Shown here piece by piece: positions 1 to 14,300 of a stretch of 64,000 bases of DNA. The translations under genes and the position numbers were made by a program. The notes beneath the pieces are model-generated. The model was given only the letters and a program-made list of their open reading frames with translations, ran no database searches and was not told the DNA's origin. How positions within the stretch are numbered: the first letter of the stretch is position 1; every line of letters starts with the position of its first letter. This stretch comes from Macrostomum lignano (taxonomy: Eukaryota), in NCBI GenBank assembly GCA_002269645.1, contig NIVC01000043.1:1-64000 (forward strand). Reading direction: 5' to 3'.

Positions 1-78
1 AGATAGCAAGCATCCTGCACATAGCAAGCATCCCTGGATAGAAATAATCCTATACAAGTAGCCAAGCTTATCAAGCGC

Positions 79-2267
79 AGTAATCCTTGGCTATCGAGTG
101 CAGTAATCCTTGGTTTATTAATAGCAATAATCCTTGATTAATAAAGTGCATTATTCCTTGGTTTATTAATAACAATAATCCTTGGCTTATTGAGTGCAGT
201 AATCCTTGGTTTGCCAGGAGCAATAGTCCTTGGTTTATCGAGTGCAGTAATCCTTGGTTTATTAATAGCAATAATCCTTGATTAATCAAGTGCATTAATC
301 CTTGTTTATTAATAGCAATAATCCTTGATTAATCAAGTGCATTAATCCTTGTTTTATTAATAGCAATAATCCTTGACTTCTTGAGTGCAGTAATCCTTGG
401 TTTGCCAAGAGCAATAGTCCTTGGTTTATCGAGTGCAGTAATCGTTGGTTTATTAATAGCAATAATCCTTGGCTTATCGAGTGCAGTAATCCTTGGTTTG
501 CCAAGTGCAGTAATCCTTGTTTGCCAAGTGCAGTAATCCTTGGTTTATTAATAGCAATAATCCTTGATAAATCAAGTGCAGTAATCCTTGGTTTATTAAT
601 AGCAATAATCCTTGATAAATCAAGTGCAGTAATCCTTGGTTTATTAATAGCAATAGTCCTTGGCTTATCGAGTGCAGTAATCCTTGGTTTGCCAAGTGCA
701 GTAATCCTTGGTTTATTAATAGCAATAATCCTTGGCTTATCGAGTGCAGTAATCCTTGGTTTATTAATAGCAATAATCCTTGGCTTATCGAGTGCAGTAA
801 TCCTTGGTTTGCCAAGTGCAGTAATCCTCGGTTTATTAATAGCAATAATCCTTGGCTTATCGAGTGCAGTAATCCTTGGTTTATTATTAGCAATAATCCT
901 TGGCTTATCGAGTGCAGTAATCCTTGGTTTGCCAAGTGCAGTAATCCTTGGTTTATTAATAGCAATAATCCTTGGCTTATCGAGTGCAGTAATCCTTGGT
1001 TTATTAATAGCAATAATCCTTGGCTTATCGAGTGCAGTAGTCGTTGGTTTGCCAAGAGCAATAGTCCTTGGTTTATTGAGTGCAGTAATCCTTGGTTTAT
1101 TAATAGCAATAATCCTTGGCTTATCGAGTGCAGTAATCCTTGGTTTATTAATAGCAATAATCCTTGATTAATAAAGTGCATTAATCATTGGTTTATTAAT
1201 AGCAATAATCCTTGGCTTATCGAGTGCAATAATCCTTGGTTTATTAATAGCAATAATCCTTGGCTTATTGAGTGCAGTAATCCTTGGTTTATTAATAGCA
1301 ATAATCCTTGGCTTCTTGAGTGCAGTAATCCTTGGTTTATTAATAGCAATAATCCTTGGCTTATTGAGTGCAGTAATCCTTGGTTTATTAATAGCAATAA
1401 TCCTTGATAAATCTAGTGCAGTAATCCTTGGTTTATTAATAGCAATAATCCTTGATAAATCAAGTGCAGTAATCCTTGGTTTATTAATAGCAATAGTCCT
1501 TGGCTTATCGAGTGCAGTAATCCTTGGTTTGCCAAGTGCAGTAATCCTTGGTTTATTAATAGCAATAATCCTTGGCTTATCGAGTGAAGTAATCCTTGGT
1601 TTGCCAAGTGCAGTAATCCTTGGTTTATTAATAGCAATAATCCTTGGCTTATCGAGTGCAGTAATCCTTGGTTTATTAATAGCAATAATCCTTGGTTTAT
1701 CGAGTGCAGTAATCCTTGGTTTATTAATAGCAATAATCCTTGATTAATCAAGTGCATTAATCCTTGTTTTATTAATAGCAATAATCCTTGTCTTCTTGAG
1801 TGCAGTAATCCTTGGTTTGCCAAGTGCAGTAATCCTTGGTTTATTAATAGCAATAATCCTTGGCTTATCGAGTGCAGTAATCCTTGGTTTATTAATAGCA
1901 ATAATCCTTGATTAATAAAGTGCATTAATCCTTGGTTTATTAATAGCAATAATCCTTGATTAATCAAGTGCATTAATCCTTGTTTTATTAATAGCAATAA
2001 TCCTTGACTTCTTGAGTGCAGTAATCCTTGGTTTGCCAAGAGCAATAGTCCTTGGTTTATCGAGTGCAGTAATCGTTGGTTTATTAATAGCAATAATCCT
2101 TGGCTTATTGAGTGCAGTAATCCTTGGTTTATTAATAGCAATAATCCTTGGCTTATCGAGTGCAATAATCCTTGGTTTATTAATAGCAATAATCCTTGGC
2201 TTATTGAGTGCAGTAATCCTTGGTTTATTAATAGCAATAATCCTTGGCTTATGGAGTGCAGTAATCT
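79..2267. repeat. 24-bp satellite (about 90 monomers; 16-bp core of two alternating types plus 8-bp variable linker)
   Basis: Cores gtgcagtaatccttgg and tagcaataatccttgg alternate with linkers tttattaa, cttatcga, cttattga and tttgccaa. The 24-bp period explains the LLLINQG and SAVILG ORFs. Confidence 0.95.
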
Positions 2268-2348
2268 AAGTGTTTTTATTTAGCTTTTAATAAAAAATTT
2301 TACACTACTACTTTTCAGACACTCTCTCTCTCTCTCTCTCTCTCTTCT

Positions 2349-5300
2349 TCTATCTACTAAAGCTGACGTCGTGGTCCGGTGGTAGGGTGGGCCGGTGGGC
2401 CGGGTTTGTCGACGATCTCCTCCTATGATTCTTGCAACTCAACTTTCAAACCGGTACCAAAACATGTCAAATGTCCCGACGATGCTACAATTTAAAATTC
2501 ATTTTCAAATTTCAATTTTAAGTGCTTCAAAAAAGCAGAAAACAGCACAAACCAGACAGCCAGACCAGATGTCTATATATCGCATTCCATGGACTTCCCA
2601 CTTGACGCTATTTTGTATGGTTGCGCCACAACTTTTCTCCTATCTCTGCAGTGTATTTCATTTCAGCTGGGGGAGGGTCGCCGGCACTTGAGAATTGGCG
2701 GCCTACTTGCTCAGTGTTAAAAAGGGGTGGAGGTGCACACTGCGCGAGAATGGATGGCTTGATTTTTTAACTCATCACAGAGTGTACATTGCGCTCTGCA
2801 AGTAAGAAACGGGAAAACTTGCACCTTAATTTCTGCTTTTAATTTTCAAGCTACAGAAAAGTGAATCACACCGTTGGAAAGAGTTTGAAAAACTGAACAG
2901 AATGGTATAATTTTCTGTTCCGAAATCTCAACTGCATCAGAGCAATTTGTCATAGAAAATTTCTTGATTTCAATTTGTCAACCCTGGCTCACTGGCTGAC
3001 TTTATAGATAATTGCGCAATGATATGGCTACTGATAAGTTTTCCTGCCTTTCAATGGGCAGTCCTGTGTATTTGTTGGACATTGAAATTCAATGCATCAT
3101 CTTGCAAGCAGGCAGTGAACGTACACTCGATACTTCAATGCTATAAATCAGACAGTTTCAAACGCTAACTGTTCCTCGAGTTTTAAACTTTGAGAGGAGA
3201 GACTTATATTGCTGGAAAGATCTTGCAACGCTGAGTTCGGGGATATAAGTTGTTTGCTTTAAATATGAAAAGAAAAAGCACAGCATTTGAAAAACGATTT
3301 CCATACTTTTAACTTTCTGCAAAGATTGTACTCTAATCTGCAAAGATTGTTGGGGGAGGGTTCAACTTCTCACTGCTGCTGTGTATTGGAGGGTTGATTT
3401 AGATTGCGCAATGTTTTTGTTAACTTTACCTGAGGCTGATACTGACTGACTGTGAAATCGGTTGCGCAATGAATTGATTCAATTAGTTCAATATTTTTAT
3501 CTGTGCCTTTTAACACGAAGCTGTGCGTAGTTCTAACCCTAACCCTAACCCTAACCCTAATGAATCTGGCGAGTTGAGTTGTTTGACGGAAAAAATTCGA
3601 TTAAGTCAAGTTTAGCGGAGACGATTTCAATGTTTAAATTCTGACGGAGAAGATTTCTGTTTCGTGGAGAGGATTTCGATGATGTTCAGTTTCACGAAAG
3701 GATTTCCATGGTGTTCAGTTTCACGGAGAGGATTTCGATCATGTTCAGCTTCACGGAGAGGCTTTCTGTTTCGCGGAGATAATTTATGATTGATTTCTGT
3801 TTTATGGAGACTATTTTGATGGATTTAAGTTTCAAGGAGAGGATTTCGAAGGAGTCCAGTTTCACTGAGAGGATTTCGATGGTTTTTAGTTGCACAGACA
3901 GGATTTTTGCTTCGCGGAGAGGATCTTGATGGATTTGGCATCTTCAATCAGTCAGAGAAGAGAGTAAAGAGAAGACTGAAAAGAGAAGAGAGAAGAGATG
4001 ATAGAAAACAGAGTATAATTGAGTGGAGAGATTAGACATGACAGATTGGAGATGATAGGAGAGAGAATAGATGAGGGATAAGAGCGTACAGAGGCAATAG
4101 AAGAGAGGGGAGAGTAGAGGAGAAAGAAAGAGTGAGATGAGGAGATGAGGGATGAGAGAGCAGGGGAGAGAGGAGACAGGGGAGAGTACAGACGAAAGAC
4201 TAGGGAGAAGATATAAATAAGGTAGTAAAGATGAGAGGAGAGAGAGGAGAGAGAAGCGAAAGGAGAAGAGAGTGAGGAGAGAGGAGAGAGATGAAAGGAG
4301 CAAGGAAAGGAGAAAAGAGAGAATGGAGAGAATAGAAAAGAGAGAAGAGAAGAGACAGGGGATAGTGAAAAGGAGGAAGAAAGATGGGAGACAAGAAAGT
4401 AGTGTCAGAGCGTATATGAAATATGAGAAATGAGAGCAGAGAGAAGAGAAAAGAGAAGAGAGAGAGAGGGTTAAGAGAGACGATAGATAAGTGAGTAGAG
4501 ATGACATATGAGAGAGGAGAGAAGAGGGAGAGATAAGAGTGAAGAGAGGAGACAGAAGACAGGAGAAGGTACAGACGAAAGACGAGGGAGAAGAGATAAA
4601 TAAGGGAGCAGGGGTAGAGATGAGATGAGAGAGAGGAGAGAGGAGATATGAGAGACTTGAGAGTCTTTGAGCTATGGTCTTTGAAAGATTTTGTAAAGAA
4701 TTTGGAGACGATTTGGAAGATAGGGTTAAAGACATGGAATTTCAGTTGATGGATATTTCAGGGAATAGAATTCCGGTGATGGGAGTTCTTCCCCTTTCTC
4801 CTCCAGAGGAGGAGTTCCACTCGTATATACTAAAGCTGACGTCGTGGTCCGGTGGTAGGGTGGGTGGGCCGGTGGGCCGGGTTTGTCGACGATCTCCTCC
4901 TAGGATTCTTGCAACTCAACTTTCAAACCGGTACCAAAACATGTCAAATGTCCCGACGATGCTACAATTTAAAATTCATTTTCAAATTTCAAATTTAAGT
5001 GCTTCAAAAAAGCAGAAAACAGCACAAACCAGACAGCCAGACCAGATGTCTATATATCGCATTCCATGGACTTCCCACTTGACGCTATTTTGTATGGTTG
5101 CGCCACAACTTTTCTCCTATCTCTGCAGTGTATTTCATTTCAGCTGGGGGAGGGTCGCCGGCACTTGAGAATTGGCGGCCTACTTGCTCAGTGTTAAAAA
5201 GGGGTGGAGGTGCACACTGCGCGAGAATGGATGGCTTGATTTTTTAACTCATCACAGAGTGTACATTGCGCTCTGCAAGTAAGAAACGGGAAAACTTGCA

Positions 5301-8300
5301 CCTTAATTTCTGCTTTTAATTTTCAAGCTACAGAAAAGTGAATCACACCGTTGGAAAGAGTTTGAAAAACTGAACAGAATGGTATAATTTTCTGTTCCGA
5401 AATCTCAACTGCATCAGAGCAATTTGTCATAGAAAATTTCTTGATTTCAATTGTGAAAACGTTAAGTGGCTGGGGAGGGGTTTCATTAATTTCAATTCTG
5501 ACTGTGCAATGCACAAGCCTAGACTCTCCCTGTGCATTTGGGGAGGTGCATGGGCTATAGACTGATTTTCATATTGAGTGATTGGCTGGAGATAATATTG
5601 AGATTAAATAAATGAATCACCGCAGTGTCCAAATAGCGAAAGCTCATTGATTTTTCAACTTTCCTATGATTGAATTCCATATAAACTGATGCTTCTGCAA
5701 ATTGTCCGAGGATGGCTTTAGGCTATTAAAATTTTGCATTATCATATTTTAAGATCCCTAAAAAAGCAGAAATAGTATAAACAATAGGGATTACGATCAC
5801 CTTGCGCACTCTTAATGATTACGCCACAACAGCTGGCCTATCTGTGTAGTGTATTCTTTTAACTGAGGGGGTGTAGCCGGGCCGGTTGACAAATTTTTTT
5901 AGTGATTGCGCCACAACTGTGTGCACTGAGCAATGGAGCAAATAGACCCCCCCGTGTTAGGGGTGTTGAGGCGGCAGTGAAATTCAATGAATAAACGTGC
6001 GAGCCGCCTCCCACTGTAGCAGGCAGTGAATGTACTCTTAAAAATTCAATGCTCTAAATCAGAAAAATTTAAACGTTAACTGTTCCTCGAGTTTTAAACT
6101 TTGAAGGGAGAGACTTATATTGCTGGAAAGGTCTTGCAACGCTGAGTTCGGGATATAATTTGTTTGCTTTAAATATGAAAAGAAAAGGCGCAGCATTCGA
6201 AAAACTATTTTCATACTTTTAACTTTTTTTAAAGATGTGCTCATTTTTGCGAGACATAATAGATAAAGTTCGAGGGTTGAATTTCTAATTGCTCAGTGTG
6301 CTTTAGTGGGGGGGGAGGGGTGCGGTCGCTGTGTATTGGAGGGTTGATTTATATTGCGCGATCATTTTAATTGAGACTCTTACTGACTGACTGAGAAATA
6401 AATGGATTGCGCCATAAATTTGTTTTATTATCTCTGCCTTTCAATAGGCTGCCCTGTGTTATAGCCAGCCTGTGAAATGAATGAATAAACTTGCGAGCCT
6501 CTTTAGTACGCAGTGCACGTACACTCGATTTTTCAATGCTTTAAAACGGGATCATTCAAACGCTAAATTCTCTTTGAGTTTTAAACTTTGAGAGAGGAGA
6601 CTTATATTGCTGGAAAAATCTTTCAACGCTGAGTTCGGGGATATAAGTTGTTTACTTTAAATATGAAAACTTAAAGCACAGCATCCAACAAACGATTTGC
6701 AAAGATTGTACTCATTTTCGGGTTCAATGGCGTTCAACCGACCCCCGAGCAGTTAGGCGGGGGAGGCTTCAATTTCTATCTGCCACTGCGTATTGAAAAG
6801 GGGTGTCGGTCGCTGTGTATTAGAGGGTTGATTTAGATTGCGCAGTATTTTTGTTAACTTTCACTGAAACTGATACTGACTGACTGAGAAATAAATTGCG
6901 CAATCTATACATTCAATTAGCTCAATTTTTTATCGGGCCCTGTAGTCGCAGCTCTGTGCAGCTCAAACCCTAACCCTAACCCTAACCCTAACCAATGAAT
7001 CCTGATATTTTATTCTTTTTGACGGAGAAAATTTTGATTGAGTCCAGTTTCGCGGAGAGGATTTCGATGTTCTTCAGTTTCACGGAGAGGATTTCTGTTT
7101 TGCGGAGAGGATTTCGATGGTGTTCAGTTTCGCGGAAAGGATTTTGATAGATTTGGATAACAGTTGGATGATGGGATTCGGGTCATGGGATTCAGCTGAT
7201 GAATTTCAGAGAATGGAATTCCGGTGATGGGAGTTCTTCCCCTTTCTCCTCCGAAGGAGGAGTTCCACTTATATACTAAAGCTGACGTCGTGGTCCGGTG
7301 GGCCGGGTTTGTCGACGATCTCCTCCTAGGATTCTTGCAACTCAACTTTCAAACCGGTACCAAAACATGTCAAATGTCCCGACGATGCTACAATTTAAAA
7401 TTCATTTTCAAATTTCAATTTTAAGTGCTTCAAAAAAGCAGAAAACAGCACAAACCAGACAGCCAGACCAGATGTCTATATATCGCATTCCATGGACTTC
7501 CCACTTGACGCTATTTTGTATGGTTGCGCCACAACTTTTCTCCTATCTCTGCAGTGTATTTTCTTTCCAGTGGGGGGTGGGAGCGTTCTCAGTGGCTGCG
7601 TGTGTACACTTGGACCCTGGCTCACTGGCTGACTTTATAGATAATTGCGCAATGATATGGCTACTGATAAGTTTTCCTGCCTTTCAATGGGCAGTCCTGT
7701 GTATTTGTTGGACATTGAAATTCAATGCATCAACTTGCAAGCAGGCAGTGAACGTACACTCGATACTTCAATGCTATAAATCAGACAGTTTCAAACGCTA
7801 ACTGTTCCTCGAGTTTTAAACTTTGAGAGGAGAGACTTATATTGCTGGAAAGATCTTGCAACGCTGAGTTCGGGGATATAAGTTGTTTGCTTTAAATATG
7901 AAAAGAAAAAGCACATCATTTGAAAAACTACTTCCATACTTTTAACTTTCTGCAAAGATTGTACTTTAATCTGCAAAGATTGTTGGGGGAGGGTTCAACT
8001 TCTCACTGCTGCTGTGTATTGGAGGGTTGATTTAGATTGCGCAATGTTTTTGTTAACTTTACCTGAGGCTGATACTGACTGACTGTGAAATCGGTTGCGC
8101 AATGAATTGATTCAATTAGTTCAATATTTTTATCTGTGCCTTTTAACACGAAGCTGTGCGTAGTTCTAACCCTAACCCTAACCCTAACCCTAACCCTAAC
8201 CCTAATGAATCTGGCGAGTTGAGTTGTTTGACGGAAAAAATTCGATTAAGTCAAGTTTAGCGGAGACGATTTCAATGTTTAAATTCTGACGGAGAAGATT

Positions 8301-11300
8301 TTTGTTTCGTGGAGAGGATTTCGATGATGTTCAGTTTCACGAAAGGATTTCCATGGTGTTCAGTTTCACGGAGAGGATTTCGATCATGTTCAGCTTCACG
8401 GAGAGGATTTCTGTTTCGCGGAGATAATTTATGATTGATTTCTGTTTTATGGAGACCATTTTGATGGATTTAAGTTTCAAGGAGAGGATTTCGAAGGAGT
8501 CCAGTTTCACGGAGAGGATTTCGATGGTTTTCAGTTGCACGGACAGGATTTCTGCTTCGCGGAGAGGATCTTGATGGATTTGGCATCTTCAATCAGTTAG
8601 AGAAGAGAGTAAAGAGAAGAATGAAAAGAGAAGAGAGATGAGATGATAGAAAACAGAGTAGAAATGAGTGGAGAGATTAGACATGACAGATGGGAGAAAA
8701 AGGGGAGTAAGGCGGGAACGAAGGAGAGAGAAGAGAAGAGGAGAGAGGAGATGAGAGGGGAGATATGAGATAGCAAATGGATACAAGAGAGATAATAGGA
8801 GAGAGAATAGATGAGGGATAAGAGCGTACAGAGGAAATAGAAGAGAGGGGAGAGTAGAGGAGAAAGAAAGAGTGAGATGAGGGGATGAGGGATGAGAGAG
8901 GAGGGAAGACAGGAGAGAGAAGAGAGGAGAAAAGAGGGGAGAAAGGAGAGAGAAGCGAAAGGAGAAGAGAGAGAGGAGAGAGGAGAGAGATGAAAGATCA
9001 TAGATGAGAGAGTTAAGAGAGGAAAGTAGTGCGGAGAGGAGAGATGAGAGATGCGATGAAAAGAGATGCGTGAGAAAATAAGAGAGAAGAGATTAGAGAT
9101 TAGAGATTAGAGAAGAGAGGGGAGAAGATGAAAGGAGCAAGGAGAGGAGAAAAGAGAGAATGGAGAGGATAGAAAAGAGAGAAGAGAAGAGACAGGGGAT
9201 AGTGGAAAGAAGGAAAGAAAGATGGGAGACAAGAAAGTAGAGTGTGAGAGCGTATTTGAGATATGAGAAATGAGAGCTGAGAGAAGAGAAAAGAGAAGAG
9301 AGAGAGAGGGTTAAGAGAGACGATAGATAAGTGAGTAGAGATGATATATGAGAGAGAAGAGAAGAGGGAGAGATAAGAGAGAAGAGAGGAGACAGGAGAC
9401 AGGAGAGGGTACAGACGAAAGACGAGGGAGAAGAGATAAATAAGGGAGTAGGGGTAGAGATAAGATGAGAGAGAGGAGAGAGAAGAGAGTCACGATAATA
9501 GCGAAGAGAGTAGAGAGGAGATATGATAGACGTGAGAGTCTTTGAGCTATGGTCTTTTAAAGGTTTTGTAAAGAATTTGGAGACGATTTGGAAGATAGGG
9601 TTCAAGGCATGGAATTTCAGTTGATGGATATTTCAGGAAATGGAATTCCGGTGATGGGAGTTCTTCCCCTTTCTCCTCCGAAGGAGGAGTTCCACTCGTC
9701 TATATACTAAAGCTGACGTCGTGGTCCGGTGGTAGGGTGGGCCGGTGGGCCGGGTTTGTCGACGATCTCCTCCTATGATTCTTGCAACTCAACTTTCAAA
9801 CCGGTACCAAAACATGTCAAATGTCCCGACGATGCTACAATTTAAAATTCATTTTCAAATTTCAATTTTAAGTGCTTCAAAAAAGCAGAAAACAGCACAA
9901 ACCAGACAGCCAGACCAGATGTCTATATATCGCATTCCATGGACTTCCCACTTGACGCTATTTTGTATGGTTGCGCCACAACTTTTCTCCTATCTCTGCA
10001 GTGTATTTCATTTCAGCTGGGGGAGGGTCGCCGGCACTTGAGAATTGGCGGCCTACTTGCTCAGTGTTAAAAAGGGGTGGAGGTGCACACTGCGCGAGAA
10101 TGGATGGCTTGATTTTTTAACTCATCACAGAGTGTACATTGCGCTCTGCAAGTAAGAAACGGGAAAACTTGCACCTTAATTTCTGCTTTTAATTTTCAAG
10201 CTACAGAAAAGTGAATCACACCGTTGGAAAGAGTTTGAAAAACTGAACAGAATGGTATAATTTTCTGTTCCGAAATCTCAACTGCATCAGAGCAATTTGT
10301 CATAGAAAATTTCTTGATTTCAATTTGTCAACCCTGGCTCACTGGCTGACTTTATAGATAATTGCGCAATGATATGGCTACTGATAAGTTTTCCTGCCTT
10401 TCAATGGGCAGTCCTGTGTATTTGTTGGACATTGAAATTCAATGCATCATCTTGCAAGCAGGCAGTGAACGTACACTCGATACTTCAATGCTATAAATCA
10501 GACAGTTTCAAACGCTAACTGTTCCTCGAGTTTTAAACTTTGAGAGGAGAGACTTATATTGCTGGAAAGATCTTGCAACGCTGAGTTCGGGGATATAAGT
10601 TGTTTGCTTTAAATATGAAAAGAAAAAGCACAGCATTTGAAAAACGATTTCCATACTTTTAACTTTCTGCAAAGATTGTACTCTAATCTGCAAAGATTGT
10701 TGGGGGAGGGTTCAACTTCTCACTGCTGCTGTGTATTGGAGGGTTGATTTAGATTGCGCAATGTTTTTGTTAACTTTACCTGAGGCTGATACTGACTGAC
10801 TGTGAAATCGGTTGCGCAATGAATTGATTCAATTAGTTCAATATTTTTATCTGTGCCTTTTAACACGAAGCTGTGCGTAGTTCTAACCCTAACCCTAACC
10901 CTAACCCTAATGAATCTGGCGAGTTGAGTTGTTTGACGGAAAAAATTCGATTAAGTCAAGTTTAGCGGAGACGATTTCAATGTTTAAATTCTGACGGAGA
11001 AGATTTCTGTTTCGTGGAGAGGATTTCGATGATGTTCAGTTTCACGAAAGGATTTCCATGGTGTTCAGTTTCACGGAGAGGATTTCGATCATGTTCAGCT
11101 TCACGGAGAGGCTTTCTGTTTCGCGGAGATAATTTATGATTGATTTCTGTTTTATAAAAACTATTTTGATGGATTTAAGTTTCAAGGAGAGGATTTCGAA
11201 GGAGTCCAGTTTCACTGAGAGGATTTCGATGGTTTTTAGTTGCACAGACAGGATTTTTGCTTCGCGGAGAGGATCTTGATGGATTTGGCATCTTCAATCA

Positions 11301-14300
11301 GTCAGAGAAGAGAGTAAAGAGAAGACTGAAAAGAGAAGAGAGAAGAGATGATAGAAAACAGAGTATAATTGAGTGGAGAGATTAGACATGACAGATTGGA
11401 GATGATAGGAGAGAGAATAGATGAGGGATAAGAGCGTACAGAGGCAATAGAAGAGAGGGGAGAGTAGAGGAGAAAGAAAGAGTGAGATGAGGAGATGAGG
11501 GATGAGAGAGCAGGGGAGAGAGGAGACAGGGAGAGTACAGACGAAAGACTAGGGAGAAGATATAAATAAGGTAGTAAAGATGAGAGGAGAGAGAGGAGAG
11601 AGAAGCGAAAGGAGAAGAGAGTGAGGAGAGAGGAGAGAGATGAAAGGAGCAAGGAAAGGAGAAAAGAGAGAATGGAGAGAATAGAAAAGAGAGAAGAGAA
11701 GAGACAGGGGATAGTGAAAAGGAGGAAGAAAGATGGGAGACAAGAAAGTAGTGTCAGAGCGTATATGAAATATGAGAAATGAGAGCAGAGAGAAGAGAAA
11801 AGAGAAGAGAGAGAGAGGGTTAAGAGAGACGATAGATAAGTGAGTAGAGATGACATATGAGAGAGGAGAGAAGAGGGAGAGATAAGAGTGAAGAGAGGAG
11901 ACAGAAGACAGGAGAAGGTACAGACGAAAGACGAGGGAGAAGAGATAAATAAGGGAGCAGGGGTAGAGATGAGATGAGAGAGAGGAGAGAGGAGATATGA
12001 GAGACTTGAGAGTCTTTGAGCTATGGTCTTTGAAAGATTTTGTAAAGAATTTGGAGACGATTTGGAAGATAGGGTTAAAGACATGGAATTTCAGTTGATG
12101 GATATTTCAGGGAATAGAATTCCGGTGATGGGAGTTCTTCCCCTTTCTCCTCGAGAGGAGGAGTTCCACTCGTATATACTAAAGCTGACGTCGTGGTCCG
12201 GTGGTAGGGTGGGCCGGTGGGCCGGGTTTGTCGACGATCTCCTCCTAGGATTCTTGCAACTCAACTTTCAAACCGGTACCAAAACATGTCAAATGTCCCG
12301 ACGATGCTACAATTTAAAATTCATTTTCAAATTTCAATTTTAAGTGCTTCAAAAAAGCAGAAAACAGCACAAACCAGACAGCCAGATGTCTATATATCGC
12401 ATTCCATGGACTTCCTTCCCACTTGACGCTATTTTGTATGGTTGCGCCACAACTTTTCTCCTATCTCTGCAGTGTATTTCATTTCAGCTGGGGGAGGGTC
12501 GCCGGCACTTGAGAATTGGCGGCCTACTTGCTCAGTGTTAAAAAGGGGTGGAGGTGCACACTGCGCGAGAATGGATGGCTTGATTTTTTAACTCATCACA
12601 GAGTGTACATTGCGCTCTGCAAGTAAGAAACGGGAAAACTTGCACCTTAATTTCTGCTTTAAGGTTGGGAAGATTGGAAATTATCCGAGGTCGGCTATAG
12701 GCTATTTTAATTCTGAAATTTTAATTTCTAAGATCCTCAAAAAAAGCAGAAAACTGCCTTTTTGACCCCCAATAACCTTCTTTTGCTACTCTGCCTGGGG
12801 CTTCAGCCAGTTTGTAAAAATAGCCACCCCAACCTCCGCCCGCGGGCCGCTGTGTATTGAGGGGTGGTGGGTGCGCGTGTTCTGCGTTCAATGCAAATAA
12901 AACCCCCGCGAGTTGAGGGGTTGAGTTAAATTTAATGATTCCCCCGGAACGGGGGGGTTGGGCTTGGGCTGAGTGTACATAGCTGTTGTAAACAGATAGA
13001 ACTGTGCCGAGATTCAATTGGTTTTATTATCGGCCCTGTGTATTAGCTGGGCAGTGAATTTCAATGAATAAACTTGCGAGCTTCTCTAGCAAGCAGTTGG
13101 GAAATCGGTAAATTTCAAACGCTAACTGTTCCTCGAGTTTTAAACTTTGAGAAGAGAAACTTATATTGCTGGAAAGATCTTGCAACGCTGAGTTCGGGGA
13201 TATAAGTTGTTTGCTTTAAATATGAAAAGAAAAAGCACAGCATTTGAAAAACTATTTCCATACTTTTAACTTTCTGCAAAGATTGTACTCAGTTTTGCGA
13301 GACGTAATAGATAAAGTTGGGGGGAGGGTTCAACTTCTCACTGCTGCTGTGTATTGGAGGGTTGATTTAGATTGCGCAATGTTTTTGTTAACTTTAACTG
13401 AGACTGGTACTGACTGACTGTGAAATCGGTTGCGCAATGAATTGATTCAATTAGTTCAATATTCTTATCAGTGCCTTTTAACACAAACCTGTGCGTAGTT
13501 CTAACCCTAACCCTAACCCTAACCCTAACCAATGAATCCGGAGTTGAGTTGTTTGACGGAAAAAATTCAATTGAGTCCAGTTTAGCGGAGACGATTTCAA
13601 TGTTTTAATTTTGACGGAGAGAATTTCTGTTTCGTGGAGATAATTTATGATTGATTTCTGTTTTATGGAGACCATTTTGATGGATTTAAGTTTCAAGGAG
13701 AGGATTTCGAAGGAGTCCAGTTTCACGGAGAGGATTTCGATGGTTTTCAGTTGCACGGACAGGATTTCTGCTTCGCGCGGAGAGGATCTTGATGGATTTG
13801 GCATCTTCAATCAGTTAGAGAAGAGAGTAAAGAGAAGAATGAAAAGAGAAGAGAGATGAGATGATAGAAAACAGAGTAGAAATGAGTGGAGAGATTAGAC
13901 ATGACAGATGGGAGAAAAAAGGGGAGTAAGGCGGGAACGAAGGAGAGAGAAGAGAAGAGGAGAGAGGAGATGAGAGGGGAGATATGAGATAGCAAAGGGA
14001 TACAAGAGAGATAATAGGAGAGAGAATAGATGAGGGATAAGAGCGTACAGAGGAAATAGAAGAGAGGGAAGAGTAGAGGAGAAAGAAAGAGTGAGATGAG
14101 GGGATGAGGGATGAGAGAGCAGGGGAGAGAGGAGAGAGAAGAGAGGAGAAAAGAGGGGAGAAAGGAGAGAGAAGCGAAAGGAGAAGAGAGAGAGGAGAGA
14201 GGAGAGAGATGAAAGATCATAGATGAGAGAGTTAAGAGAGGAAAGTAGTGAGGAGAGGAGAGATGAGAGATGCAATGAGAAGAGAGGCGTGAGAACATAA

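Noticed and set aside
71-2269. Long Leu/Ile-rich ORFs on both strands; superficially CRISPR-like constant/variable alternation
   Set aside because: The ORFs result from the 24-bp period. The variable part is only 8 bp from a few recurring types rather than unique spacers, and there are no cas genes.
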